Shown piece after piece: positions 28,149 to 36,354 of a stretch of 64,000 nucleotides of DNA. The notes beneath the pieces are model-generated. The model did not search any database. It was given only the letters and a program-made list of their open reading frames with translations, and was not told the origin of the DNA. The DNA is taken from the NCBI GenBank assembly GCA_964625535.1, contig CAZVEX010000003.1, positions 55,524 through 119,523 of the forward strand, given 5' to 3'. The translations under genes and the position numbers were made by a program. Within the stretch, counting starts at the first letter, position 1; every line of letters starts with the position of its first letter. The DNA comes from an uncultured Gammaproteobacteria bacterium (GTDB lineage: Bacteria; Patescibacteriota; Microgenomatia; Daviesbacterales; UBA10151).

Positions 28149-28655
28149 ATGGCTAAAACAAGACAGCAAAAAGAAGAAACAGTCCAAAAGATAAGCGAGA
28201 AGTTCTCGCGGGCCAAGTCTGTGGTATTTGCCGATTACAAAGGCTTGACTATGAAACAACTATCGGATCTTCGCTCCAAGCTGGCCGATGTCCAGGGGGA
28301 ATTTACTGTTACTAAAAATACATTATTGAAATTAGCATTTCCAGCCTCCGACCTTGAAGGTCCGACTGCAACTCTTTTTGCATATGACGATGAAGTTTCC
28401 CCCATCAAATTGTTAGTTAAGGCCTTGAAAGATGCCGGGTTGGGCAAAATTAAAGCCGGATTTTTGGGTCAGGACATGCTGGATGAAGGAAGAATCCTGC
28501 AACTGGCTACTTTGCCAACTAAAGATGAACTTCGGGCCCAAACAGTGGGCATTTTGGTTGCTCCTTTACAAGGCATGGTTTCTGTTTTACAGGGAAATTT
28601 AAGAAATTTTGTATATGCATTGAGTGAGATTCAAAAACAGAAGGGGGGTGTTTAA
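28149..28655 (+). CDS. rplJ: 50S ribosomal protein L10
   Basis: ADYKGLT, VTKNTLL, LEGPTA and LATLPTKDEL. Confidence 0.97.
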   Translation: MAKTRQQKEETVQKISEKFSRAKSVVFADYKGLTMKQLSDLRSKLADVQGEFTVTKNTLLKLAFPASDLEGPTATLFAYDDEVSPIKLLVKALKDAGLGKIKAGFLGQDMLDEGRILQLATLPTKDELRAQTVGILVAPLQGMVSVLQGNLRNFVYALSEIQKQKGGV

Positions 28656-28658
28656 TAT

Positions 28659-29153
28659 ATGGCAGATGAACCATCCTCCTCCGCTGAAGCTACGGAGGAC
28701 AAGCAAGATCAAGTTGAAGAAATAAAAACTGAAGAAAAAGTTGAGGAGCCGAAAAAAGTTGTCAAGCCGGTCAGTGCCAATCTTGAAAAAATCATAGAAC
28801 AGATTGAAAAATTATCTGTTTTGGAACTGGCAGATTTGGTACACGGCTTGGAAGAGAGGTTTGGTGTTTCAGCATCAGCTCCGGTTATGGCAGCAGGTCC
28901 GGCCGCCTCACCTTCGGCGGGCGAGCCAACTGAGGAAAAAACTACCTTTAATGTAATTTTGGCAAGCGCGGGGGCCAATAAAATTGGGGCAATCAAGGCA
29001 GTTCGGGAACTGGTACCAACATTAGGCTTAAAAGAAGCCAAAGATTTGGTAGAAGCAGCTCCCAAGCCGGTTTTGGAATCGGTTAATAAAGTTACAGCTG
29101 AAGAAGCCAAGAAAAAACTGGAAGCAGCAGGGGCCACAGTCGAGTTGCAATAA
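28659..29153 (+). CDS. rplL: 50S ribosomal protein L7/L12 with acidic N-terminal extension
   Basis: [10 protein letters not shown]...[16 protein letters not shown] and [10 protein letters not shown]. Confidence 0.97.
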   Translation: MADEPSSSAEATEDKQDQVEEIKTEEKVEEPKKVVKPVSANLEKIIEQIEKLSVLELADLVHGLEERFGVSASAPVMAAGPAASPSAGEPTEEKTTFNVILASAGANKIGAIKAVRELVPTLGLKEAKDLVEAAPKPVLESVNKVTAEEAKKKLEAAGATVELQ

Positions 29154-29199
29154 GGGGTATTGACATAGTCTTTTTGGTTGTGATATACATTGAAACAGA

Positions 29200-29427
29200 A
29201 TGGCTGACAAGTTATCACTTGAGAATTTACCCGACCTTTTAACAGTAAGAGAAGTAGCTGAAGTTTTAAGAGTTTCCCCGTTAACTATTAAAAGATGGGG
29301 TAAACGAGGCAAGCTGCCGGCCATCAGGATTAATTCCCGGGGAGACAGAAGATACAAAAAAGAAGCCGTGCTTTGGTTATTAGGCATTACCCAAAAAGAC
29401 CAGCCTATTAGCACTCCTTCTTTATAG
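29200..29427 (+). CDS. Stand-alone HTH_17 (MerR/BldC/excisionase-like) DNA-binding protein
   Basis: LLTVREVAEVLRVSPLTIKRWGKRGKLPAIRINSRGDRRY. Confidence 0.85.
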   Translation: MADKLSLENLPDLLTVREVAEVLRVSPLTIKRWGKRGKLPAIRINSRGDRRYKKEAVLWLLGITQKDQPISTPSL

Positions 29428-29468
29428 TTTGCTAAATGAATAAGATTATGTCGACGCCAAGCTAAAAA

Positions 29469-29972
29469 CTATTCTATAGAGATTTGAGGATGCACGGAAT
29501 AGTTTGGATTTTGTTCAAAAGCTACTTCCCCCTTTTTTTCTACTACATAATAGACTAAACCATGTCTTTCTATAATTGCTTTGTTTTCCGATTTCTCACT
29601 TTCGATTAAAGACCTGTTCACTACTAAAAAATTTCTTCCAATATTGATAATACAGATTGTCAAACCCGCAGGTACTTCCACCTGCTTGCCTTGGGAAAGA
29701 CTTACCATCTTAAACTCCTTAGCTTCCCCTATCTCATCATTCCTTTGCATTAAAATAATACCTTGTCCGTATAAACACTGGTAGACATTTACGCCCGCAT
29801 TGTTGCTATAAAAACAGGCAGTTTTGTTGTACTCTACTCCATTTTTGCCATGGGAAATAACAAAAATAACCTGGCTCCCTTCTTTAATCAAATAGTATGG
29901 ATACTTAACCCCCCCAGCATCAGGCTCCATCAACACACCCTCAATTTCTTTGTGGCTTATTTGGGAAATCAT
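29469..29972 (-). CDS. Cupin-fold protein, archaeal-type glucose-6-phosphate isomerase-like (divergent)
   Basis: GVEYNKT, YQCLYGQGIILMQ, VEVPAG...INIG and NPNY. The metal-binding His residues appear substituted. Confidence 0.6.
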   Translation of the reverse strand: MISQISHKEIEGVLMEPDAGGVKYPYYLIKEGSQVIFVISHGKNGVEYNKTACFYSNNAGVNVYQCLYGQGIILMQRNDEIGEAKEFKMVSLSQGKQVEVPAGLTICIINIGRNFLVVNRSLIESEKSENKAIIERHGLVYYVVEKKGEVAFEQNPNYSVHPQISIE

Positions 29973-30637
29973 ACAATCTTTAGTTTAACACATAACCAAA
30001 GATAGCGAAGTAAGCGAAGTTGTCTTTTTATTCTCCAGGGCTGGATCGCTAACCTGAAAAGCCACTCTAACCCTAACTTGCGAAGCCATTTTGGGGCCCG
30101 AGGAATATGACCTGCCATATAATCAAAAGCTCCCCCCACCCCCATGGCCACTTTAACTGGCAAATTGGGCAGATTTTGATAAATCCATTTTTCCTGCTTA
30201 GGATGGCCAAAAGCCACAAAAAGAATGTCACACTCACCCTCCACTTTTTCACTATCAACAGATATTATTTTAATCCCAGGATATTTTTTTTGTAAGCGCT
30301 CTGATGCTTTTTCTGCTACTCCGTTTCTGCCTCCCAAAAAGCCTATTGTAACGGCCCAATCTACGGATTTTCCCACCAGTTTTTCCATCAAATCTACTCC
30401 GGGAAAGGTATTTTTTACCTGGCCTGAAAGCTTAAGCCCTGTTCCATCCGGAATAGATAAATCTGCATCATTTAAAATCCGCTTAAACTCTAAGTCTTTT
30501 TGAGCTGTCATTAAAAATTCAGGATTAGGGGTGACAATATAATGTTTATCGGATTTTTGCAGCCATGTATGCACTATCTCAACTGCCTCATCCATAGTCA
30601 CATCATCAATTTTAACTCCCAGAATATATTTTTTCAT
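29969..30637 (-). CDS. WecB/TagA/CpsF family glycosyltransferase
   Basis: VTPNPE, PDG, GVDL, GHPKQEKW, GVGGAFD and LEWLFRL. Confidence 0.93.
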   Translation of the reverse strand: MKKYILGVKIDDVTMDEAVEIVHTWLQKSDKHYIVTPNPEFLMTAQKDLEFKRILNDADLSIPDGTGLKLSGQVKNTFPGVDLMEKLVGKSVDWAVTIGFLGGRNGVAEKASERLQKKYPGIKIISVDSEKVEGECDILFVAFGHPKQEKWIYQNLPNLPVKVAMGVGGAFDYMAGHIPRAPKWLRKLGLEWLFRLAIQPWRIKRQLRLLRYLWLCVKLKIV

Positions 30638-31683
30638 GATAGTAATACTTTCAGTGTTTCCCTGGCACATTTCTCCCAGGAGAATCTCTTAATATTCTCA
30701 AATCCTGCTTTAACTAACTTGACTCTTTGACTCTTTGACTCTTGCATTCCCTTAACTATATCATCAACATCATAGGGATTAACATATATTGCTCCTTTGC
30801 CTGCTACTTCCGGCATACTGGAAACATTAGAGGTAATCACCGGACAACCACAGGCTTGAGCCTCCAAAATAGGCAGACCAAATCCTTCAAAGAGCGAGGG
30901 GAAAACCAAGGCAATTGCCCCGCTATAAAGTGCCGCCAGTTTTTTATCAGGCACGAAACCTAAAAATTTCACTCTATCTTCAATTCCCAGCTTTTTGGAT
31001 AATTTATAAATTTCATCCGAAAGCCAACCCTTGCCCCCTGCTATAACTAGTCTGACGACTGAAGACTGACAACTGAAAGCTGTAATTATTCTTTCCAGAT
31101 TTTTCCTTGGTTGAACCGTCCCCACAAATAAAAAATAGTTTTTAGGTTGCAGGTTGTAGTATTTAAAAAGATTTTTATCATATCCTTCATAAATTACTTG
31201 TATTTTTTTAGGTTCAATGCCAATTTTTTTTACTAAATCCTCTTTGGTAGCTTTTGATACAGCTATTAATTTAGTTGCTCCTCTAAGTTGCATCCTTTGC
31301 ATAAAAGATAAATACAGCCTTTGCTTTAACTGATGCATTTTAGGCAGATATTCCGAACCCAAATCATGTACGGTCACTACTGAATTTAGCCCTGGTTTTC
31401 TAATGATAGGCAGAGTATGCGCCGGCACAAACAAAACATCCAGTTTATCTTTAAAAGTTTGCCAAGCCAACCCCCCTTGCGTCCAAAGTCTTACCCACGA
31501 TATAACTTTAATCTGAAAATTAGGCGGTAGTCGGAAGACGAAAGACGGAAGACTTCTTATATAGACAATATAGTTGTTTTTCTGATCTATTTTTGCCAAA
31601 TGAGAAAGAAGCTGAAAAGAATAATTTTCCGTACCGGAGCGCTCCCCCACAAAGGCTCTTGATCCGTCAAAACCAATTGTCAT
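30634..31683 (-). CDS. Glycosyltransferase family 4
   Basis: TVHDL, VGTVQPRKN and FPSLFEGFGLPILEA. Start at ATG 31683. Confidence 0.95.
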   Translation of the reverse strand: MTIGFDGSRAFVGERSGTENYSFQLLSHLAKIDQKNNYIVYIRSLPSFVFRLPPNFQIKVISWVRLWTQGGLAWQTFKDKLDVLFVPAHTLPIIRKPGLNSVVTVHDLGSEYLPKMHQLKQRLYLSFMQRMQLRGATKLIAVSKATKEDLVKKIGIEPKKIQVIYEGYDKNLFKYYNLQPKNYFLFVGTVQPRKNLERIITAFSCQSSVVRLVIAGGKGWLSDEIYKLSKKLGIEDRVKFLGFVPDKKLAALYSGAIALVFPSLFEGFGLPILEAQACGCPVITSNVSSMPEVAGKGAIYVNPYDVDDIVKGMQESKSQRVKLVKAGFENIKRFSWEKCARETLKVLLS

Positions 31684-31690
31684 GAAGTAA

Positions 31691-32707
31691 TTATCTTTTA
31701 CTGACCGATCTTTTGTAAAGGTCAAGGTTCTCAAGTGCCATGCCTGTCCCCAAGGCCACACACAAAAGTGGGTTTTCTGCCAAAGCAGCCGGCACACCCA
31801 GCGAATCTGTTAAAAGCTTATCCAGATTGCGGAGCAACGATGTTCCCCCACTCATGACAATCCCCTTGTCAATAATATCAGATGCCAGCTCCGGGGGAAC
31901 TTGTTCCAGAACTCCTTTGGCAGCTCCCACTATTTTTCTGGTAATATCGGCTATTGCTTCTGTCACTTCCTCCGACATAATCTCAACAGTTCTGGGTAGA
32001 CCTGAAAAGGCATCTCTTCCCCGAACTTCCATTGTCATCGCCTCGTTTGGCTTTAATGGAGTAGCTGAACCAATTTTAATTTTGACCTCTTCCGCCATCC
32101 TTTCTCCAATAATCAGATTGTGTTTTTTACGCACATAGTTTTGGATGGCCTCATCGATTTTATTGCCCCCCACTCTAACAGATGAATGAACCACCACCCC
32201 ACCCAGACAGATGACTGCCGCTTCTGTTGTTCCCCCGCCAATATCAATAATCATGTTTCCGGAAGGATTGGCAATGGGAATCTTGGCGCCGATGGCAGCA
32301 GCCAGCGGTTCATCAATTAAAAAAGCGGCTTTAGCACCAGCTTGAAGTGTCGCATCCAAAATAGCTCTTTTTTCAACAGAAGTCACCCCTGCCGGAGCAC
32401 AAACCATCACCTCCGGCTTAAAAATCCGGGATTGGCCGCAAACTTTATCCAGAAAATAGCGGATCATGGCTTCGGTAATAACATAATCGGCAATCACTCC
32501 GTCTCTCATGGGACGCGAGGCAATGATGTTACCCGGGGTTCGACCAAGCATTTCCCTGGCTTCATTACCTACAGCTAAAACCCGATTATCATCGGTAGTT
32601 ACGGCTACTACAGTTGGCTCATTTAAAACTATGCCCTCTCCGGCGAGATACACTAAAGAGTTAGCAGTACCTAAATCAATACCGACACGCTTGGAAAAAT
32701 TAAACAT
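31691..32707 (-). CDS. mreB: Second MreB/Mbl paralog
   Basis: GIDLGTANS, EPLAAAIG, DIGGGTTE and SGGTSLL. Confidence 0.95.
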   Translation of the reverse strand: MFNFSKRVGIDLGTANSLVYLAGEGIVLNEPTVVAVTTDDNRVLAVGNEAREMLGRTPGNIIASRPMRDGVIADYVITEAMIRYFLDKVCGQSRIFKPEVMVCAPAGVTSVEKRAILDATLQAGAKAAFLIDEPLAAAIGAKIPIANPSGNMIIDIGGGTTEAAVICLGGVVVHSSVRVGGNKIDEAIQNYVRKKHNLIIGERMAEEVKIKIGSATPLKPNEAMTMEVRGRDAFSGLPRTVEIMSEEVTEAIADITRKIVGAAKGVLEQVPPELASDIIDKGIVMSGGTSLLRNLDKLLTDSLGVPAALAENPLLCVALGTGMALENLDLYKRSVSKR

Positions 32708-32774
32708 GGCGGGGACATTTTAACAACCGGAAAACCTGGTCACAAGATAGACTAAATGGGTCAAAAGCTATCAG

Positions 32775-33899
32775 CTACTTGAGGTTTATCCCATACAAAT
32801 TGGGCTCCGAAGCGGTCGGAGTTGGAAACGAACTTATAATTACGAGTCTTGAAGAATCCGGCCAGGGAAAAACAAAATTATCCAGGAAACTGCCGGCATA
32901 AATAACTGCCTTATTGGTACCGTCAAAATCAACAATGGAGATAGCCCCTTCTTCCACCAAAATAATGTGTCTTGAATCAGGCAGCCACATATGAGTTCTG
33001 GCTGCCGGCAGCGAATACTCTTTTTTATCTTCCAAATCGTAGACCTTAAAATCTGCAAACAATGTGCCGCCTGACAGTTCCTTTTCGGAAACAGGGTTTT
33101 TTCTGACCATCATTTTAGTTTCGTCCGGGGACCAGCGGACCACAGCGGAGGATGAGGCAACCTGACGAATACTGGGATCAACAATACTGACAGTGGCTGA
33201 TTCGTCTTTACTCTTTTGATCTTCTTCCCAGGATTTTATGGTAGCCGCTAAAACGGGTGTTATGTCCCGCGGTTCGGTATTTAGTCTGTCAAATTCCAAA
33301 AGATAGTTATTGTTGCCAACAGTTGCCAGCACTTGTTTTGAGTCGGAAGACCATCGGAGGGTTGCCTTCGAAAAATCCGCAGTGGCACTGGTGGTAATTT
33401 GATGAGGTTCGCTGGAGCGGGCAAAAGCAATTGGTTGATTTTTGGCCATTGTCCACACCCAAACTCCGGCTTTTTTACCTACCCGCACAATATACGCAAG
33501 CTTATCCCCGTCAGGACTTAAAACCGGATTCGCTACTCCAGTAAATGTTAAAGGATAGATGGTGGGGATGGCCGGGAAAAGAGTCACTTTGACCTCTGTC
33601 ACCAATCCCTCCCGCACAGTAATTTGTTTTTCCCAGGGGATAAACCCTTCCTTGACAATTCTGACAGAGTATTGTTTGGGAGAAAGCGAGGAAATGGTAG
33701 CGTTGGTAGCAGTTGTCAAATGCCCGTCAACGTAAACCGAAGCGGAGTCGGGCTGGGACGAAACAGTAATGATGCCTGTACCCACAATTCTTTTTTCAAC
33801 GGGAGAGAAAGTATAGCCTTTGGCCAAAAAAATGACTACCCCTGCAGCCACTACAATTGCCAGCAGCGTCAAAATGGTAATAACAAATCGTTTGCTCAT
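32775..33899 (-). CDS. PEGA-domain membrane protein with TolB/PD40-like beta-propeller repeats
   Basis: N-terminal TM, PEGA (SSQPDSASVYVDG...KEGFIPW), and repeats LSPDG, WSSDS, WSPDE, WLPDS and WPDS. Confidence 0.85.
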   Translation of the reverse strand: MSKRFVITILTLLAIVVAAGVVIFLAKGYTFSPVEKRIVGTGIITVSSQPDSASVYVDGHLTTATNATISSLSPKQYSVRIVKEGFIPWEKQITVREGLVTEVKVTLFPAIPTIYPLTFTGVANPVLSPDGDKLAYIVRVGKKAGVWVWTMAKNQPIAFARSSEPHQITTSATADFSKATLRWSSDSKQVLATVGNNNYLLEFDRLNTEPRDITPVLAATIKSWEEDQKSKDESATVSIVDPSIRQVASSSAVVRWSPDETKMMVRKNPVSEKELSGGTLFADFKVYDLEDKKEYSLPAARTHMWLPDSRHIILVEEGAISIVDFDGTNKAVIYAGSFLDNFVFPWPDSSRLVIISSFPTPTASEPNLYGINLK

Positions 33900-33921
33900 T
33901 CTCCATATTTTACTACAATTC

Positions 33922-34611
33922 TCAACTTGAAACCAGTTTGGCTCTGACAATGAGTCTTTTGAGTAGAGTTCCAGGGGGGTCACAGGTTTGCAGAGTCAAA
34001 ACAGGATCTTCGTAGCGGTTAGTCAAATATGAAATATCATTTGGTTCCACCACCCTTTTGTCAAAAACAACATAATCAAACCGTTTGTTTTGATAAAAAA
34101 CTATCACTCTATCCCCTGCCTCCAGTTCTCTTAACAGATAAAAGATAGCATTCAATCGGACAATATTCCAGGGAGCATCGGTGGAGTGAGAAAAAAGATA
34201 CAAGTTCCCCGGCTGACCGGGAGGAGTTGAACCCAAAGCTTCGGCCACCCCTTGAGAAAGAGCCTTAACATATTCTTTTTCACTGGCGGGATTGACCCCT
34301 GCCACAATCCTGGCATTGGCATTAATTTTTTCAATCACAATTCCGTATTCAGTGGAGACCGGAATAATCGAGGTTTCGGAAGGAGTAGCCAAGCTGCCAA
34401 AATTAACATCTCCGCTACCGCCAGTTGGTGCCGAAGAAGATGTCACAATATTGGGTACTGTTCTTTTGATTCCCTTAATTTTATCAATTTGGTATTTGGC
34501 TTCGGCCGAAATCAGGGGTCCAAACATGAAAATAAAACCGATGATGCCGGTGAAAAAAATCAGATTACCCAAAAAACGGACCAAAAGAACAAGTTTAAAT
34601 CTTTTAGACAT
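33922..34611 (-). CDS. Sortase family protein
   Basis: N-terminal TM and catalytic residues in LFSHS, LTLQTC and RLIV. Confidence 0.9.
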   Translation of the reverse strand: MSKRFKLVLLVRFLGNLIFFTGIIGFIFMFGPLISAEAKYQIDKIKGIKRTVPNIVTSSSAPTGGSGDVNFGSLATPSETSIIPVSTEYGIVIEKINANARIVAGVNPASEKEYVKALSQGVAEALGSTPPGQPGNLYLFSHSTDAPWNIVRLNAIFYLLRELEAGDRVIVFYQNKRFDYVVFDKRVVEPNDISYLTNRYEDPVLTLQTCDPPGTLLKRLIVRAKLVSS

Positions 34612-34629
34612 AAAGTTTACCCTGAAGGG

Positions 34630-34702
34630 CGACCCTGGAGGGAATTGCACCCCCGACCACTCCCTTAGGACGGGATTGCTCTATCTACTGAGCTACAGGG
34701 CC
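34630..34702 (-). tRNA. tRNA-Arg(CCT)
   Basis: Reverse strand reads GGCCCTG...CAGGGTC-G with D-arm GCTC/GAGC and anticodon loop GT-CCT-AA. The T-loop reads TGCAA. Confidence 0.85.
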
Positions 34703-34748
34703 AGATATCTTTATTTTATCATTAAATGGGGTATAATTTCTTATGTTG

Positions 34749-34820
34749 CGGGGTGTAGGTCATCGGTAGACCGCTGCGTTCGGGTCGCAGAAGTAGAGAG
34801 TTCAATTCTCTCCACCCCGA
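34749..34820 (+). tRNA. tRNA-Pro(CGG)
   Basis: Acceptor CGGGGTG/CACCCCG, anticodon arm CTGCG-TTCGGGT-CGCAG and TTCAA T-loop. Confidence 0.93.
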
Positions 34821-35329
34821 CCCTTCGACTTTCCAAACCACAGTTCAATTTCTTTTTTGGCTTCTTCTTCAGATCCCGAAGCATGGATTAAATTATAGAC
34901 AGGCCTGCCTTCGCGATTAGCATCTAAAATATTATCCGTACCCAAATCTCCTCTGATGGTCCCTTTTTGGGCAGTGGCCGGATCTGTAAAACCTGTTACT
35001 TCCCGGGCCAGCGATACGGCATTTTCTCCTTGCAAAACGATAGCTACGATCGGCCCGGAAGTGATAAATTTTCGAAGCCAGGTCACTACTCTTCTCCCCT
35101 GACCCTGGGCGCTCTTGACCTTTTGGCCGGCGGCAATGGTTTTTTCTCCGATAGATTTAAGATACTCCGGATCCATGGGATAGTGCTTTTCGATGATGTC
35201 CATGGGAGCCATCATTTCTTTTCTTTTAACCACCTTAAGTCCGGCTGCTGCGTAACGACGAATGATCTCACCGGCTAAATCCCGATGCATGGCATCTGGT
35301 TTAATCAGGATTAATGTTCTTTGTATCAT
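34802..35329 (-). CDS. ndk: Nucleoside diphosphate kinase
   Basis: RTLILIKPD, GTIRGD, NLIHASGS (catalytic His) and EIELWF. Confidence 0.95.
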   Translation of the reverse strand: MIQRTLILIKPDAMHRDLAGEIIRRYAAAGLKVVKRKEMMAPMDIIEKHYPMDPEYLKSIGEKTIAAGQKVKSAQGQGRRVVTWLRKFITSGPIVAIVLQGENAVSLAREVTGFTDPATAQKGTIRGDLGTDNILDANREGRPVYNLIHASGSEEEAKKEIELWFGKSKGRGGEN

Positions 35330-35372
35330 AATTTTGTTTAATTTCTAATTGTACATTATACATTGTCAACTG

Positions 35373-36353
35373 TCACTTAATTTCCACATCTTCTACTATA
35401 GTTTCACCGCTATCAAAAACTTTTACCCTGGCAAAACGAGGTGTTTGAGAATTCCTTTGGGTAGTCACCGCTCCAATCGTTACCATAGGAAGGATTGTTT
35501 CCGGCTCGCTGTACTGGCTGAAAAAGTGGATATCTCCGGCAAAAACTTTTTTCACTCCCTCCTCTTTTAGTATTTTAGCCACTTTTTTGGCCTGGTCTTT
35601 TAAGGAAGGCTCTACCCTGCCCATGATATGATCTGATGAAGGATGATATAGCGGTTCGTGCACGAAGGCCAGGATAAACTTCACATTATTTGATTTTTTA
35701 AATCTTTCCAGTTCCTCCTGTAATCTTTGCAGTTGAGTCTCTCCAAAACCCTGGTAATTATCGCTGTTATTCAAAAGTAAAAAAACTACTCCCTCAAATT
35801 CAAAACTCTGCCAGGGAGAACCAAACACCTGGGAAAAGTTAAAGGTAGGCTCTTTTTGTTTATCTCTGGCATCCCATAAGTCATGATCCCCGGGAATGAC
35901 AAAATACCTGATCTTGCCCTCATCCAGGACCTTTTTGGCATTTTGCAACTCCTCAAAAGTACCTACATCCGTATAGTCACCCAGGCCGATGATAAAACTA
36001 ATTTCCCCCACTTGGTGCAAAGCTTTTTTCAATAACTCATTGTCGTTGTGAGAATCTGCAAACAGTCCAAAAGTAAAAAGAAGCTGGCCGGGACTTGTTT
36101 GAGTGGACTTGACCTCCTTTACTTCGCTTGGCTGGGGCTTTGACTCACGAACAATTTGTTTAGGCGAGGGTAAAAACTTTAGTAAGCTGGCAACCAGAGC
36201 CTTGGGGTCGGCGGCAATAGGGTCAATGCCGGAAAAATGCTTGTAGGCAGTATAAACTCCTGTCAGCAAAATGCCAAACATCACCAGAGACAGCAACAAT
36301 CTAAATATAACAAAAGCTAAATTACCGGATCGCTTTTTACGCCTTCCAAACAT
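35373..36353 (-). CDS. Membrane-anchored calcineurin-like metallophosphoesterase
   Basis: DSH, GD, PGDHD, HEP and GDIH motifs with an N-terminal TM. Confidence 0.88.
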   Translation of the reverse strand: MFGRRKKRSGNLAFVIFRLLLSLVMFGILLTGVYTAYKHFSGIDPIAADPKALVASLLKFLPSPKQIVRESKPQPSEVKEVKSTQTSPGQLLFTFGLFADSHNDNELLKKALHQVGEISFIIGLGDYTDVGTFEELQNAKKVLDEGKIRYFVIPGDHDLWDARDKQKEPTFNFSQVFGSPWQSFEFEGVVFLLLNNSDNYQGFGETQLQRLQEELERFKKSNNVKFILAFVHEPLYHPSSDHIMGRVEPSLKDQAKKVAKILKEEGVKKVFAGDIHFFSQYSEPETILPMVTIGAVTTQRNSQTPRFARVKVFDSGETIVEDVEIK

Positions 36354-36354
36354 G

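Noticed and set aside
9349-29427. Prophage or integrative element suggested by tRNA adjacency and an excisionase-like HTH
   Set aside because: No integrase, terminase, capsid, relaxase or att duplication was recognised, and the HTH sits among core genes.
34252-34891. Plus-strand ORFs 34252-34668 and 34292-34891
   Set aside because: They are antisense to the sortase and run through tRNA genes.
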